Of a DNA stretch of 64,000 nucleotides, positions 53,336-61,989 are shown piece by piece. Position 1 is the first letter of the stretch. Each line of letters opens with the position of its first letter. The stretch is from positions 13,508-77,507 of the forward strand of contig JACPKW010000001.1 of NCBI GenBank assembly GCA_016186825.1, read 5' to 3'. A model generated the notes under the pieces. The model ran no database searches, was not told where the DNA came from, and saw nothing but the letters and a program-made list of their open reading frames with translations. Source of the DNA: Candidatus Giovannonibacteria bacterium. Lineage in GTDB: Bacteria > Patescibacteriota > Minisyncoccia > JACPKW01 > UBA11713. A program made the position numbers and the translations under genes.

Positions 53336-55111
53336 ATGAAAAATTCTAATGGGGTGCTAAAGCAGAAGAAATCGCACGAATTACTTAATCCTCAAAAAAA
53401 ATTAGGCAATACCCGCCATTCGCTCGCCCATTTGCTTGCGGCTGCGGTCTTAAAAAAATTCCCAAACGCGAAACTTGGAATTGGACCCGCGATCGAGACG
53501 GGTTTTTATTATGATTTCTTACTTCCGCGGCAACTAACTTCGGGAGATCTGAAGGATTTCGAAGAAACAATGCGGACGATGATTTTAGAATGTCTCCGCT
53601 TCACTGGGAAAAAAGTTACGCCGGTTTTGGCAAAAAAACTCTTTAAGGATCAGAAATTCAAGCTTGAGCTTATTTCGGACTTCACGAAAGAAAAAAAACC
53701 GCTCACGGTTTACAGCACTGGGAATATATTTATGGATCTCTGCCGCGGAGGGCATGTTAAAAATACTTCTGAAATAAATCCTGACGCTTTCAGGCTTACG
53801 CACATTGCTGGCGCCTATTGGAAAGGTAATGAAAAAAATCCGCAGTTGACTAGAATTTATGGTGTTGCCTTCGATTCCAAAAAAGAGCTCGAAGACTATT
53901 TAATGAAGCAGGAGGAAGCCAAAAAACGAGATCACAGAAGGCTGGGAAAAGATCTTTCGCTTTTTGCAATCGCAGATGAAATCGGCCCCGGACTTCCGCT
54001 CTTTTATCCCAAAGGAGCGATCTTAAGGCGCACTGTTGAAAATTTCATTCAAGATCTACAGGAAAAAAATGGCTACGAACCTATTTGGATTCCGCATATA
54101 ACTAAAGGCGAGCTATATAAAATTTCTGGGCACCTTGATAAATACGATGCGATGTATCCCCCGATGAAATTGAAGGGCGAGGCGGAATATTATCTAAAAC
54201 CGATGAACTGCCCGCATTTCATGATGCTCTATAGAACACGCGCTCATTCCTACCGCGAGCTTCCGATTCGCTGGACCGCCACAACAACTGTTTACCGGCT
54301 TGAGAAATCCGGCGAGCTTTCGGGCCTGACGCGCGTTCGCTCGCTTACGCAAGACGACTGCCATGTTTTTGCAAAAGCGGACCAAATCGAGAATGAAATA
54401 AATCTAATGCTCGACATGCTTGAGAAAGTTTACGGCGCTTTTGGTTTTAATGACTTTCGAGTTCACATCTCCACTCACGACCCTAAAGATATCAAAAAAT
54501 ATATCGGCGAGCGCAAGATCTGGAAACAATCAGAAAAAATTCTCGAAAATTTGATCCAAAAAAGAAGCTGGAGTTTTGAAATTGTTCCCGGCGAAGCGGC
54601 GTTTTACGGGCCAAAGCTCGACTTTATTTTTAAGGATGTTTTAGGTCGGGAATGGCAGCTTTCGACGATCCAACTCGACATGAATCTTCCGAAACGATTT
54701 GAGCTTGAGTATACTGACGAAAACGGAAAAAGAAAAGAACCGATCGTCATTCATCGCGCAATTTTGGGATCAACAGAGAGATTTCTCGGAATTATTGTCG
54801 AGCATTTTGCAGGTGCATTTCCTTTTTGGTTGGCGCCAGTTCAGGTTTCAATTTTAACTATAAATGAAAAAACTTTTCCGTTTGCAAAAGGGATAGAGCG
54901 AGAGCTTCGAAAAAGTGAAATTAGAGTTGAAATAGACTCAAGAAACGAAACCATCGGCAAAAAAATTCGCGAAGCAGAAATGCAAAAAGTCCCGTTCATC
55001 TTGATAATAGGCGATAAGGAAGTTGCCGCAAATAAAGTTGCCGTGCGCGAAAGAGGCAAAGGCGACCTCGGTCAAAAAACACTCGAAGAATTTCTAAAAA
55101 TTGCGAAATAA
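53336..55111 (+). CDS. thrS: threonyl-tRNA synthetase (lacks the N-terminal TGS domain)
   Basis: 591 aa. Starts in the editing domain (RHSLAHLLAAAV...GPAIETGFYYDF). Class II catalytic motifs (KPMNCPHFMM, FRLE, GAFYGPKLD) and an anticodon-binding domain. Confidence 0.85.
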   Translation: MKNSNGVLKQKKSHELLNPQKKLGNTRHSLAHLLAAAVLKKFPNAKLGIGPAIETGFYYDFLLPRQLTSGDLKDFEETMRTMILECLRFTGKKVTPVLAKKLFKDQKFKLELISDFTKEKKPLTVYSTGNIFMDLCRGGHVKNTSEINPDAFRLTHIAGAYWKGNEKNPQLTRIYGVAFDSKKELEDYLMKQEEAKKRDHRRLGKDLSLFAIADEIGPGLPLFYPKGAILRRTVENFIQDLQEKNGYEPIWIPHITKGELYKISGHLDKYDAMYPPMKLKGEAEYYLKPMNCPHFMMLYRTRAHSYRELPIRWTATTTVYRLEKSGELSGLTRVRSLTQDDCHVFAKADQIENEINLMLDMLEKVYGAFGFNDFRVHISTHDPKDIKKYIGERKIWKQSEKILENLIQKRSWSFEIVPGEAAFYGPKLDFIFKDVLGREWQLSTIQLDMNLPKRFELEYTDENGKRKEPIVIHRAILGSTERFLGIIVEHFAGAFPFWLAPVQVSILTINEKTFPFAKGIERELRKSEIRVEIDSRNETIGKKIREAEMQKVPFILIIGDKEVAANKVAVRERGKGDLGQKTLEEFLKIAK

Positions 55112-56021
55112 TAAGGCCGCCCACGGGAAAAAAGGCAAACTGATCGTCATTCTCGGCCCAACCGCCTCGGGAAAATCTGAATTTGCAGTCAAACTTGCCA
55201 AAAAATTGAAAGGCGAGATTATTTCGGCCGATTCAAGACAAGTTTATAAAGGGCTAGATATCGGAACTGCCAAAGTTAAGGGTGAGTGGGTAGGCGGAAG
55301 ATTTATTTTCAAAGGTATCCCTCATTATTGCATTGACTTTGTATCGCCAAAGAAAGTTTTCAGTGTTCGCGACTTCATAAAATTCGCAGAGGAAGCAATC
55401 ACTTCGATATATCGAAGTGGAAAAATTCCATTTGTTGTCGGCGGAACTGCTTTTTATATCAGTGCTTTTGTGGATGGCATAATCTTGCCAGAAGTTCCAC
55501 CTAACGTAAAACTGCGAAAGAAATTATCAAACTATTCAACTAATCAACTATTTAACTATTTGACAAAATTAGATCCTGAACGCGCCAAAACAATTGACCA
55601 AAAAAATAAACGCCGCTTAATCCGCGCGCTTGAAATTGTGGCAGCCATCGAGAAAGTCCCCCCTCTATCGACATCGGATGTCGATAGGAGGAAAAAATAT
55701 ACCAGTAATTTTATCGGATTAAAAACGGCGCCAGAAAAATTAAAAAAAAGAATCAAAAAACGCACTCGAGATATGATTAGACGCGGACTGACCCGAGAAG
55801 TTTCGAGCTTACATCGTTCCGGTTTGAGTTGGAAGCGCATTTATGAGTTCGGATTTGAATATAAATACCCCGCGCTCTACTTGCAAAAGAAAATTTCAAA
55901 AACAGAAATGATTTCATCAATAAATAAAGAATCAATTGACTACACGCGCCGCCAAATGCTCTGGTGGAAGAATGATAAACGAATTCACTGGATAAGCACG
56001 GCGCCAGTTTCTCGAAACTAG
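55101..56021 (+). CDS. miaA: tRNA dimethylallyltransferase
   Basis: 306 aa. P-loop ILGPTASGKSEFAVKLAKKL, ISADSRQVYKGLDIGTAK. Confidence 0.85.
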   Translation: MRNNKAAHGKKGKLIVILGPTASGKSEFAVKLAKKLKGEIISADSRQVYKGLDIGTAKVKGEWVGGRFIFKGIPHYCIDFVSPKKVFSVRDFIKFAEEAITSIYRSGKIPFVVGGTAFYISAFVDGIILPEVPPNVKLRKKLSNYSTNQLFNYLTKLDPERAKTIDQKNKRRLIRALEIVAAIEKVPPLSTSDVDRRKKYTSNFIGLKTAPEKLKKRIKKRTRDMIRRGLTREVSSLHRSGLSWKRIYEFGFEYKYPALYLQKKISKTEMISSINKESIDYTRRQMLWWKNDKRIHWISTAPVSRN

Positions 56022-56164
56022 CTAATTGAGTATAATAATGGCTGCAGTTAACGCGAGCAGCTCCAAACTGGGGAGGATAATTTTACATACGTGATTCGAA
56101 TCCTCGCATTTTTATATTTAAAAAAAGAGAGCTCTCCGGAGAGAGCCCCCTTAGTTTCCGGCTT

Positions 56165-56524
56165 TCAAGTCTCGCCAAACCTCTTGACCGCAACATTGCT
56201 CGGAAGTTGCGTGATGGAAATGTCATCTCGTTCTTTTACGATCTCAAAAAAACCTGAAAGCGGGGAATCGGACTCGACTGCGTATATTGCGCCTTGGCCA
56301 CCATTTGCGAAAGCAAGACGCCGCCCCCGCCACACGCAAGAAACAATCACCTCGTAAATTCCGAGCGGCAAATGGCTGACGCCAGTTAAACTTGAAACTG
56401 CAAACTTTTTCCTCCAAAATTTGTCTTTCAGGAACCAAGCTGTTCCAGTGCATGCCACACCCACAGTAAATCCGATCAATAAATCCAGCCAATTCCAAAT
56501 AGACATAAAAAAAGCAGCATCCAT
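56165..56524 (-). CDS. hypothetical membrane-anchored protein (the coding strand is uncertain; a plus-strand ORF at 56091-56357 overlaps)
   Basis: 119 aa with an N-terminal TM. Neither overlapping ORF has a recognisable motif. Confidence 0.3.
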   Translation of the reverse strand: MDAAFFMSIWNWLDLLIGFTVGVACTGTAWFLKDKFWRKKFAVSSLTGVSHLPLGIYEVIVSCVWRGRRLAFANGGQGAIYAVESDSPLSGFFEIVKERDDISITQLPSNVAVKRFGET

Positions 56525-56575
56525 TTTTACGCCCTCCTTTTTAAGATATAACGAACAATAATAAGTTTGGTATTC

Positions 56576-58066
56576 TTACTTCGAAATTTTCTGGAATATT
56601 TCTTTCAAAATTTGCGGGTTTGCGCCGATTTTTTGATTTTTTGCTTCTCGCATCGCTTGCCCGATCAAAAATTGAAGTGAAGCTTCCTTCCCCTTTTTAT
56701 AATCCTCTAGCGCCTTGGGATTTGCATCTATTACCCTTTTTACAATTCCTTCGAGGCTTCCCGTCTCGCTAGTCTGCAATTGCCCTTCTTGTATTGCGAT
56801 TTCAGTTGGATCACCCCCCCTTTCTGTCATAATTCTCAAAATATCCTTCGCACCGCGCGAGGAAATTTCACCGAGCGCTGACATTTTAATAAGCTCTCCA
56901 AAATTTTCAGGACTCATTTCCAAATTTTCAATCGAAAGCGCCAATTCTTTAAGAAGCCCTACCAAATCAGAAGTGATATAGTTTACGGCAAGTGAGATAA
57001 TTTTTTCTTTGGGAACTTTGTCGATCCAGCGCTCCGCTTCTGAAACGACAGACTCAAAAAATTCAGAAAGTTTTTTATCATGAATAAAGATTTCAAGCTT
57101 CTCGCCTTCCACGCCGTACTCTTCGCGAAAACGCTCGCGCTTTGCCAAAGGCAATTCCGGAAGCTCCGCCTTCAAAATCTCCGGCGCAAACTCCGGCACT
57201 TCGCTCAATTTCAAAGGCGGCAAATCCGGCTCTGGGAAATAGCGGTAATCATGCGCTTCTTCTTTCGAGCGCTGGGAAACAGTTTTTTGATGCGCATCAT
57301 CCCATCCGCGGGTCTCCTGTTTTATTTTCTCCCCCCTCCCGATAGCTTCGGCTTGACGGTTTATTTCAAAATCAATAGCGCGCCCTACGGCCCGAAATGA
57401 ATTTATATTTTTTACTTCTACCTTCGTCCCTAACTTCGAAAACCCGTTTCCAAGTTCATCCGCAGGAGCGATAGAAACATTCGCTTCAACGCGCATCTGC
57501 CCTTTTTCCATATCGGCATCCGAAATTCCAAGATATCTCAAAATCAACTGGAGCTCCTCCGCGAACTCAACAGCTTCAGCGGCTGATTTCATATCCGGCT
57601 CCGTAACCAGTTCCATCAACGGAACACCCGCGCGATTAAAATCCACGAGCGTCGCTTTGGAATCATTATCATGCACATTCCGCGCAGCATCTTCTTCTAA
57701 ATGCACGCGCGTGATTCTAACCTCCTTTCCTGACGGCAATTTTAAAACTCCCGCGCTTACAAGCGGGTGCAAATACTGGGAAATCTGATATCCCTTCGGC
57801 AAGTCAGGATAAAAATAATTTTTTCGGTCGAAACGCGAATCGTCCGCAAGTTTCGCGCCTAAAGCCGCGCCCAACGTCAAAACAAGCCTCACAGCTTCTT
57901 TATTCATCAGGGGAAGCGTTCCGGGATGCCCCAAACAGATTGGGCACAAATTCAAATTCGGACGCTTTTCCAATGGATCATTCAAGCACTCACAAAACAT
58001 TTTCGTTTTGGTTTTCAGCTCGGCGTGAATTTCTAATCCTATGGTTGGCTCAAATTTCATGACCAA
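56576..58066 (-). CDS. gatB: Asp-tRNA(Asn)/Glu-tRNA(Gln) amidotransferase subunit B
   Basis: 496 aa. The N-terminal FEPTIGLEIHAEL and the C-terminal GatB/YqeY domain. Confidence 0.9.
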   Translation of the reverse strand: MVMKFEPTIGLEIHAELKTKTKMFCECLNDPLEKRPNLNLCPICLGHPGTLPLMNKEAVRLVLTLGAALGAKLADDSRFDRKNYFYPDLPKGYQISQYLHPLVSAGVLKLPSGKEVRITRVHLEEDAARNVHDNDSKATLVDFNRAGVPLMELVTEPDMKSAAEAVEFAEELQLILRYLGISDADMEKGQMRVEANVSIAPADELGNGFSKLGTKVEVKNINSFRAVGRAIDFEINRQAEAIGRGEKIKQETRGWDDAHQKTVSQRSKEEAHDYRYFPEPDLPPLKLSEVPEFAPEILKAELPELPLAKRERFREEYGVEGEKLEIFIHDKKLSEFFESVVSEAERWIDKVPKEKIISLAVNYITSDLVGLLKELALSIENLEMSPENFGELIKMSALGEISSRGAKDILRIMTERGGDPTEIAIQEGQLQTSETGSLEGIVKRVIDANPKALEDYKKGKEASLQFLIGQAMREAKNQKIGANPQILKEIFQKISK

Positions 58067-58232
58067 ATTTTAGCAGTTTTTAACAAAAAATTCGAATAAT
58101 TGCTGTCCGTGCGATTGCCTATTTGCATTATGAAACCAAATTATCCTAGAATAGAAAATCCTCGCGCAAGAATTTATTTAAAAAACTTTTGCTAGATTAA
58201 AATTACAAACTAATAACTATCGACATTAAGCT

Positions 58233-58802
58233 ATGTTAAGCTATACCGATCTAACCCCCGGGACTCAATTTATCCTCGACGGCGAGCCGTACGAAGTTTT
58301 GGATTATCAATTCATCCGGATGCAGCAAAGAAAACCCTCCGTTCAAACCAAAATAAAAAATTTGATTTCGGGGAAAATTGTTGCAAAAACTTTCCAGCCG
58401 TCCGATGTTGTGAAAGAGGCAGACATTGAGCGCGAAACCATCAAATTCATTTACGCTCATCGTGGCGAGTATATTTTTCAAAAACCGGACAATCCAAAGG
58501 AAAGATTCTCGCTTCTGGAAAGTCTTCTCGGCAACTCGGCAAAATATTTAAAGCCCGACCTTGAAGTTACGGCATACAAATTCAATGAAAAAATAATTAA
58601 TATCGAACTTCCCGTAAAAATCGACTACAAAGTTAAAGACGCGCCGCCAGGATTCAAAGGCGACACTGCAACGGGAGGAAATAAATTAGTCACGCTGGAA
58701 AACGATCTTCAAATCAACGTTCCGCTCTTCATCGAAACTGGCGACGTTGTTAGAATCAACACGGAATCCGGCGAATACACCGAGAGGATCAACAAAGCCT
58801 AG
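58233..58802 (+). CDS. efp: elongation factor P
   Basis: 189 aa. Three OB/KOW-like domains and a conserved loop K in PSVQTKIKNLISGK. Confidence 0.85.
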   Translation: MLSYTDLTPGTQFILDGEPYEVLDYQFIRMQQRKPSVQTKIKNLISGKIVAKTFQPSDVVKEADIERETIKFIYAHRGEYIFQKPDNPKERFSLLESLLGNSAKYLKPDLEVTAYKFNEKIINIELPVKIDYKVKDAPPGFKGDTATGGNKLVTLENDLQINVPLFIETGDVVRINTESGEYTERINKA

Positions 58803-58803
58803 C

Positions 58804-59019
58804 TTAGAAAAGGATCACTAAAAGCGCGGCGAGCGCCGAAACAGAGCCCGAGAGCACTAAACTTGTCGTAAACGGAAAATAAAATTTGAAATTGTTTTTT
58901 GTAACGAGCATGTCTCCAGGCAGCCTCCCTAAATTTGAATTTTGAAAAATGATCGTAAAAATTCCCGCGACGACCAAGAGAACAGAAAGAAAAATTGCAA
59001 CTTTTCCTAAGCTTGGCAT
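58804..59019 (-). CDS. DUF2905-like small membrane protein
   Basis: 71 aa. The LPGDMLV...FYFPFTTSLVLS pattern with two TM. Confidence 0.5.
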   Translation of the reverse strand: MPSLGKVAIFLSVLLVVAGIFTIIFQNSNLGRLPGDMLVTKNNFKFYFPFTTSLVLSGSVSALAALLVILF

Positions 59020-59022
59020 TTA

Positions 59023-59313
59023 CTAATATTTAATGCTGAAATCATTAAAATTTTCTGGCAGACTGATTTTCTCAATTAAATGCCGCTCAACTCTCGCAAA
59101 AATAGGCCCGTGCTTCGCCCATTCGAATAGTTCGAGTACTTTTTCATGCCCCCCTTTTGCGATTATTTCCACAGAACCGTCAGGCAAATTTTTTACATAA
59201 CCCGCAAGTCCCATCTTTCGAGCCCTTCGGCAGGCTGAATCTCGAAAAAGAACCATCTGCACCCGTCCGTAAACGAGCATGCGATCGTATAGAGTTAAAT
59301 TTTCTTCCGGCAT
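59023..59313 (-). CDS. acyP: acylphosphatase
   Basis: 96 aa. YGRVQMVLFR (VxGxVQGVxFR-like) and GYVKNLPDGSVE. Confidence 0.7.
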   Translation of the reverse strand: MPEENLTLYDRMLVYGRVQMVLFRDSACRRARKMGLAGYVKNLPDGSVEIIAKGGHEKVLELFEWAKHGPIFARVERHLIEKISLPENFNDFSIKY

Positions 59314-59365
59314 TATTTAAATTTTCTTAATTTTAGTATATACTAGATAGACGTTCACTTAAATC

Positions 59366-60052
59366 ATGAAGTTACAACACGTTGCGATTATTCCGGACGG
59401 AAACCGCAGATGGGCAAAAGCGCGCGGCCTTACGACTTTTAAAGGGCACGAGCAAGGGATGAAAACGATTGAAGATATAGCCCGCGAAGCCAAAAAACAA
59501 GGAATTAAATATTTAACAGCTTGGGGGTGCTCCCGCGATAATGTAACCAAAAGGAGCCCTGGCGAAGTAAGGTATTTATACAAGCTGTTCAAAGAACATC
59601 TCGAGCGCATGCTCAATGATAAAGATCTTCACAAGGATAAAGTGAGGGTTCGAGTTATTGGCGAATGGATGAAATTTTTTCCGAGCCCGCTCAAAACTGT
59701 CGCTAAAAAAATCGAGGAAGAAACAAAAAATTACGGCAACTATAATTTTACGCTCTTAATGGCATATGATGGAAAACGCGAAATGGCCGAGGCTTTTGAA
59801 AATGCGCAAAAAAAAGGGGCGAAGATCAAAGAATCGAATTTAAAAAATTATCTCTGGACAAAAGATCTGCCGCCCGTGGATCTCGTCATCCGCACCGGCG
59901 GAAGCCCGCACTGGTCTTCCGGATTTCTAATGTGGCATACGGCCGACTCTGAATTTTATTTTACAAAGACCTTTTGGCCCGCTTTTAACGTAAAGGAGTT
60001 CCGAAAAGCCATTGCTGAATACTACAAGGCGCTTCGAAACCACGGAAAATAA
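59366..60052 (+). CDS. uppS: isoprenyl transferase (undecaprenyl diphosphate synthase)
   Basis: 228 aa. HVAIIPDGNRRWAKARG and a C-terminal RTGGSPHWSSGFLMW. Confidence 0.85.
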   Translation: MKLQHVAIIPDGNRRWAKARGLTTFKGHEQGMKTIEDIAREAKKQGIKYLTAWGCSRDNVTKRSPGEVRYLYKLFKEHLERMLNDKDLHKDKVRVRVIGEWMKFFPSPLKTVAKKIEEETKNYGNYNFTLLMAYDGKREMAEAFENAQKKGAKIKESNLKNYLWTKDLPPVDLVIRTGGSPHWSSGFLMWHTADSEFYFTKTFWPAFNVKEFRKAIAEYYKALRNHGK

Positions 60053-60107
60053 CGTTGTCAAAAAAACCTCGAATTTAAGGGGTTTTTTTGTTAATTATGC
60101 AATAAGC

Positions 60108-60136
60108 TTGACTTTCCAGCCAGTCTAATATATAAT
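60108..60136 (+). promoter_or_regulatory. sigma-70 consensus promoter (TTGACT, 17 bp, TATAAT)
   Basis: TTGACT at 60108-60113, a 17-nt spacer, TATAAT at 60131-60136. About 60 nt upstream of the SD and ATG of the 60199 gene. Confidence 0.6.
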
Positions 60137-60198
60137 TAATTCTTAATGGCTGGCTTATTCGCATGGCCGGCTAAAAAACAAAAAAGGAGGAAAGGAAA

Positions 60199-60810
60199 AT
60201 GCGAAAATTTCTGTTCTTAAACATTGTGGCAATATTGGTGGTTTTCGCGGCTTCTGCCGTGAGAGCTGAAAAAGAGGTTTTTGTCTCAAAAAACTTGTCA
60301 GTTAACGACAGCCGCCTCGGGCAGATTGGCTGTCTTTCAGCTTCTAGCTATCTGTTTGCGGCAGACAGCTGGGGGCGCCACAACAAGGATAAACAAACTT
60401 ATTCTGGAGGGTATCTGAGCACGTTTGTTCATGACAGGTGCTCAGGATATGTCATCCTCGACTCAGGAGTAAGTCTGTGGTTCGATGATCAAGCCTTGAT
60501 AGTGGACAAAAGGCTCAAAAAGGCAACCTTGGTTTATGAGGGCTGGATTTATGATTACTACCAGGGTTGGGTTTACATCGACGTCGACATGGCCTGGTAT
60601 CAAACTGCCGACGAGGTAACAAAGGGCAATTCATTTTGGGTGACCAGAAAGCCCTCGGAAATAGTCAAATCCCGTTTCAAGGGGGAAGCCCGGAGCGCCA
60701 ACTCGATTGGTGTCATCATTGTGAACGGAATTGACTTTGCGGCTGGGGACCCTGACGAGGACGCTTATATCTCGAAAGGAAATAACGTTCTCACGATCAT
60801 CCGACGCTGA
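60199..60810 (+). CDS. secreted hypothetical protein
   Basis: 203 aa. Strong SD AAAAGGAGGAAAGG. Signal peptide MRKFLFLNIVAILVVFAASAVRA. Confidence 0.55.
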   Translation: MRKFLFLNIVAILVVFAASAVRAEKEVFVSKNLSVNDSRLGQIGCLSASSYLFAADSWGRHNKDKQTYSGGYLSTFVHDRCSGYVILDSGVSLWFDDQALIVDKRLKKATLVYEGWIYDYYQGWVYIDVDMAWYQTADEVTKGNSFWVTRKPSEIVKSRFKGEARSANSIGVIIVNGIDFAAGDPDEDAYISKGNNVLTIIRR

Positions 60811-60870
60811 CGCCACAGAACCGGACAGGAGGCGGAGTGCGAAAGCATTCCCCTCCTTCCACAATTTAAA

Positions 60871-60892
60871 CTCCGCAAAGCGGAGATTTTTT
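60871..60892 (+). terminator. intrinsic terminator CTCCGC-aaa-GCGGAG plus T-run
   Basis: Read directly. 60 nt after the stop of the 60199-60810 gene. Confidence 0.65.
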
Positions 60893-60915
60893 ATATTTGA
60901 GACAAAATCGGATAT

Positions 60916-60944
60916 TTGACAAACGCGCCTTGTCGTAGTATAAT
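60916..60944 (+). promoter_or_regulatory. perfect sigma-70 consensus promoter (TTGACA, 17 bp, TATAAT)
   Basis: TTGACA at 60916-60921, a 17-nt spacer, TATAAT at 60939-60944. Followed by GGAGG and ATG. Confidence 0.65.
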
Positions 60945-60968
60945 GAACAAAACTGCACTGGAGGCTAA

Positions 60969-61130
60969 ATGAAAATTTCAACAGCCCTAATGCTCCTGAT
61001 CGGAGTCCTGGGCTTTCTGTACCTATTCCTCTGGCGGCCACTGCTCCCCGTGCTGGAGCGTAAGGCCGCCGATTACCGGACACCGTCCCGCTCGGAGCTC
61101 GCAGAGCTCGAGCGGCTTGAAAAACGTTGA
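60969..61130 (+). CDS. small hydrophobic peptide (53 aa; below the ORF-track cutoff), GC-rich
   Basis: MKISTALMLLIGVLGFLYLFLWRPLLPVLERKAADYRTPSRSELAELERLEKR. SD GGAGG 4 nt upstream. One TM, then an amphipathic charged tail. Confidence 0.45.
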   Translation: MKISTALMLLIGVLGFLYLFLWRPLLPVLERKAADYRTPSRSELAELERLEKR

Positions 61131-61307
61131 ACTTTCGATCCGCAGGGGGTGCTCATTTCCTCCTACCCCTGCGGAGTAACCTCCGGGAGCTGACTGAAAA
61201 GTTGCCCGATCAGCCAGCTCTCGGAGCACACAATTTTCCCTGACACGTTCGGGGAATTTTCTTTTGTCGTTAATTACTGTTTGAATCCAAAACACCTCAA
61301 TACCTAA

Positions 61308-61350
61308 AATGGTACCATCTCCCCACGATCGCCCCAAGATGGTACCATTA
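61308..61350. repeat. palindrome AATGGTACCATCT-CCCCACGATCGCCCCA-AGATGGTACCATT immediately upstream of the 61356 gene
   Basis: 13-bp perfect inverted arms around a CGATCG core. It ends 5 nt before the start codon. Confidence 0.85.
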
Positions 61351-61355
61351 TAACA

Positions 61356-61898
61356 ATGAAAGGATACGGGAAAATTTCAGGAAAAATCCTAATGCTCCTT
61401 GCAAACGGAGTCGTTTTGGGATCAACAAAAGACAAAAAGGAGCGCGAAAAAATTTTGAGAGACTCTGATCGAATCTGGATGAGTTTTGACGCAAAAGTCC
61501 TAAATAGAATACTTAGACGTTTTCAAAAAAGTGGGCTGGCGGTTCAGAGAAATGAGAATGGCCGGCATTTATTTGCAGTCACAGAAACCGGCCGCAGAAA
61601 AGCTTTAGCATATTCACTCAATGATTTAAAAATTAAAATCCCTCGGAAATGGGATAAAAGGTGGAGAATGGTACTTTTCGACATCCCTGAACCTAAGAGA
61701 AAAAAGCGCGATGCTTTAAGGGACAAAATAAAACAACTGGGTTTTCTCGAGTTTCAGAAAAGCGTTTTTGTTTTCCCATACCCCTGCGATGATGAAATTA
61801 ATTCCATTATTAATTTTTTTGATATTGCGGAGAATGTCTATTGTATTGAGGCGTCAATCAACCCAGATGCTGAGCTTAGAAAACATTTCAAAATTTGA
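61356..61898 (+). CDS. winged-helix plus Cas2-like/PaaX-C-like domain protein (paralog B)
   Basis: 180 aa. KWDKRWRMVLFDIPEPKRKKRDALRDKIKQLGFLEFQKSVFVFPYPCDDEINSIINFFDIAENVYCIEA. Co-linear with 37391-37936, and both end KHFKI. Confidence 0.55.
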   Translation: MKGYGKISGKILMLLANGVVLGSTKDKKEREKILRDSDRIWMSFDAKVLNRILRRFQKSGLAVQRNENGRHLFAVTETGRRKALAYSLNDLKIKIPRKWDKRWRMVLFDIPEPKRKKRDALRDKIKQLGFLEFQKSVFVFPYPCDDEINSIINFFDIAENVYCIEASINPDAELRKHFKI

Positions 61899-61916
61899 TG
61901 CACAGACATTGCTCCG

Positions 61917-61954
61917 AGGTACCATCTTGGGGCGATCGCACCAAGATGGTACCT
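61917..61954. repeat. palindrome AGGTACCATCTTGG-GGCGATCGCA-CCAAGATGGTACCT, 19 nt downstream of the 61356-61898 gene
   Basis: 14-bp inverted arms around CGATCG, with one mismatch in the spacer. Confidence 0.85.
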
Positions 61955-61989
61955 ATGACTTAAATAGCAGTCTAAATGAAGCAGAATGG

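Noticed and set aside
50445-53803. Multiple short ORFs on both strands within dnaE and thrS
   Set aside because: Internal to or antisense to well-supported long genes.
60811-60870. ACAGAACCGGACAGGAGGCGGAG segment, reminiscent of an RNase P RNA 3' region
   Set aside because: Only a short chance resemblance. No P4 or GGAAAGUCCGG or AGGGUGAAA cores nearby. It is the stop-proximal, terminator-proximal region of the 60199 gene.
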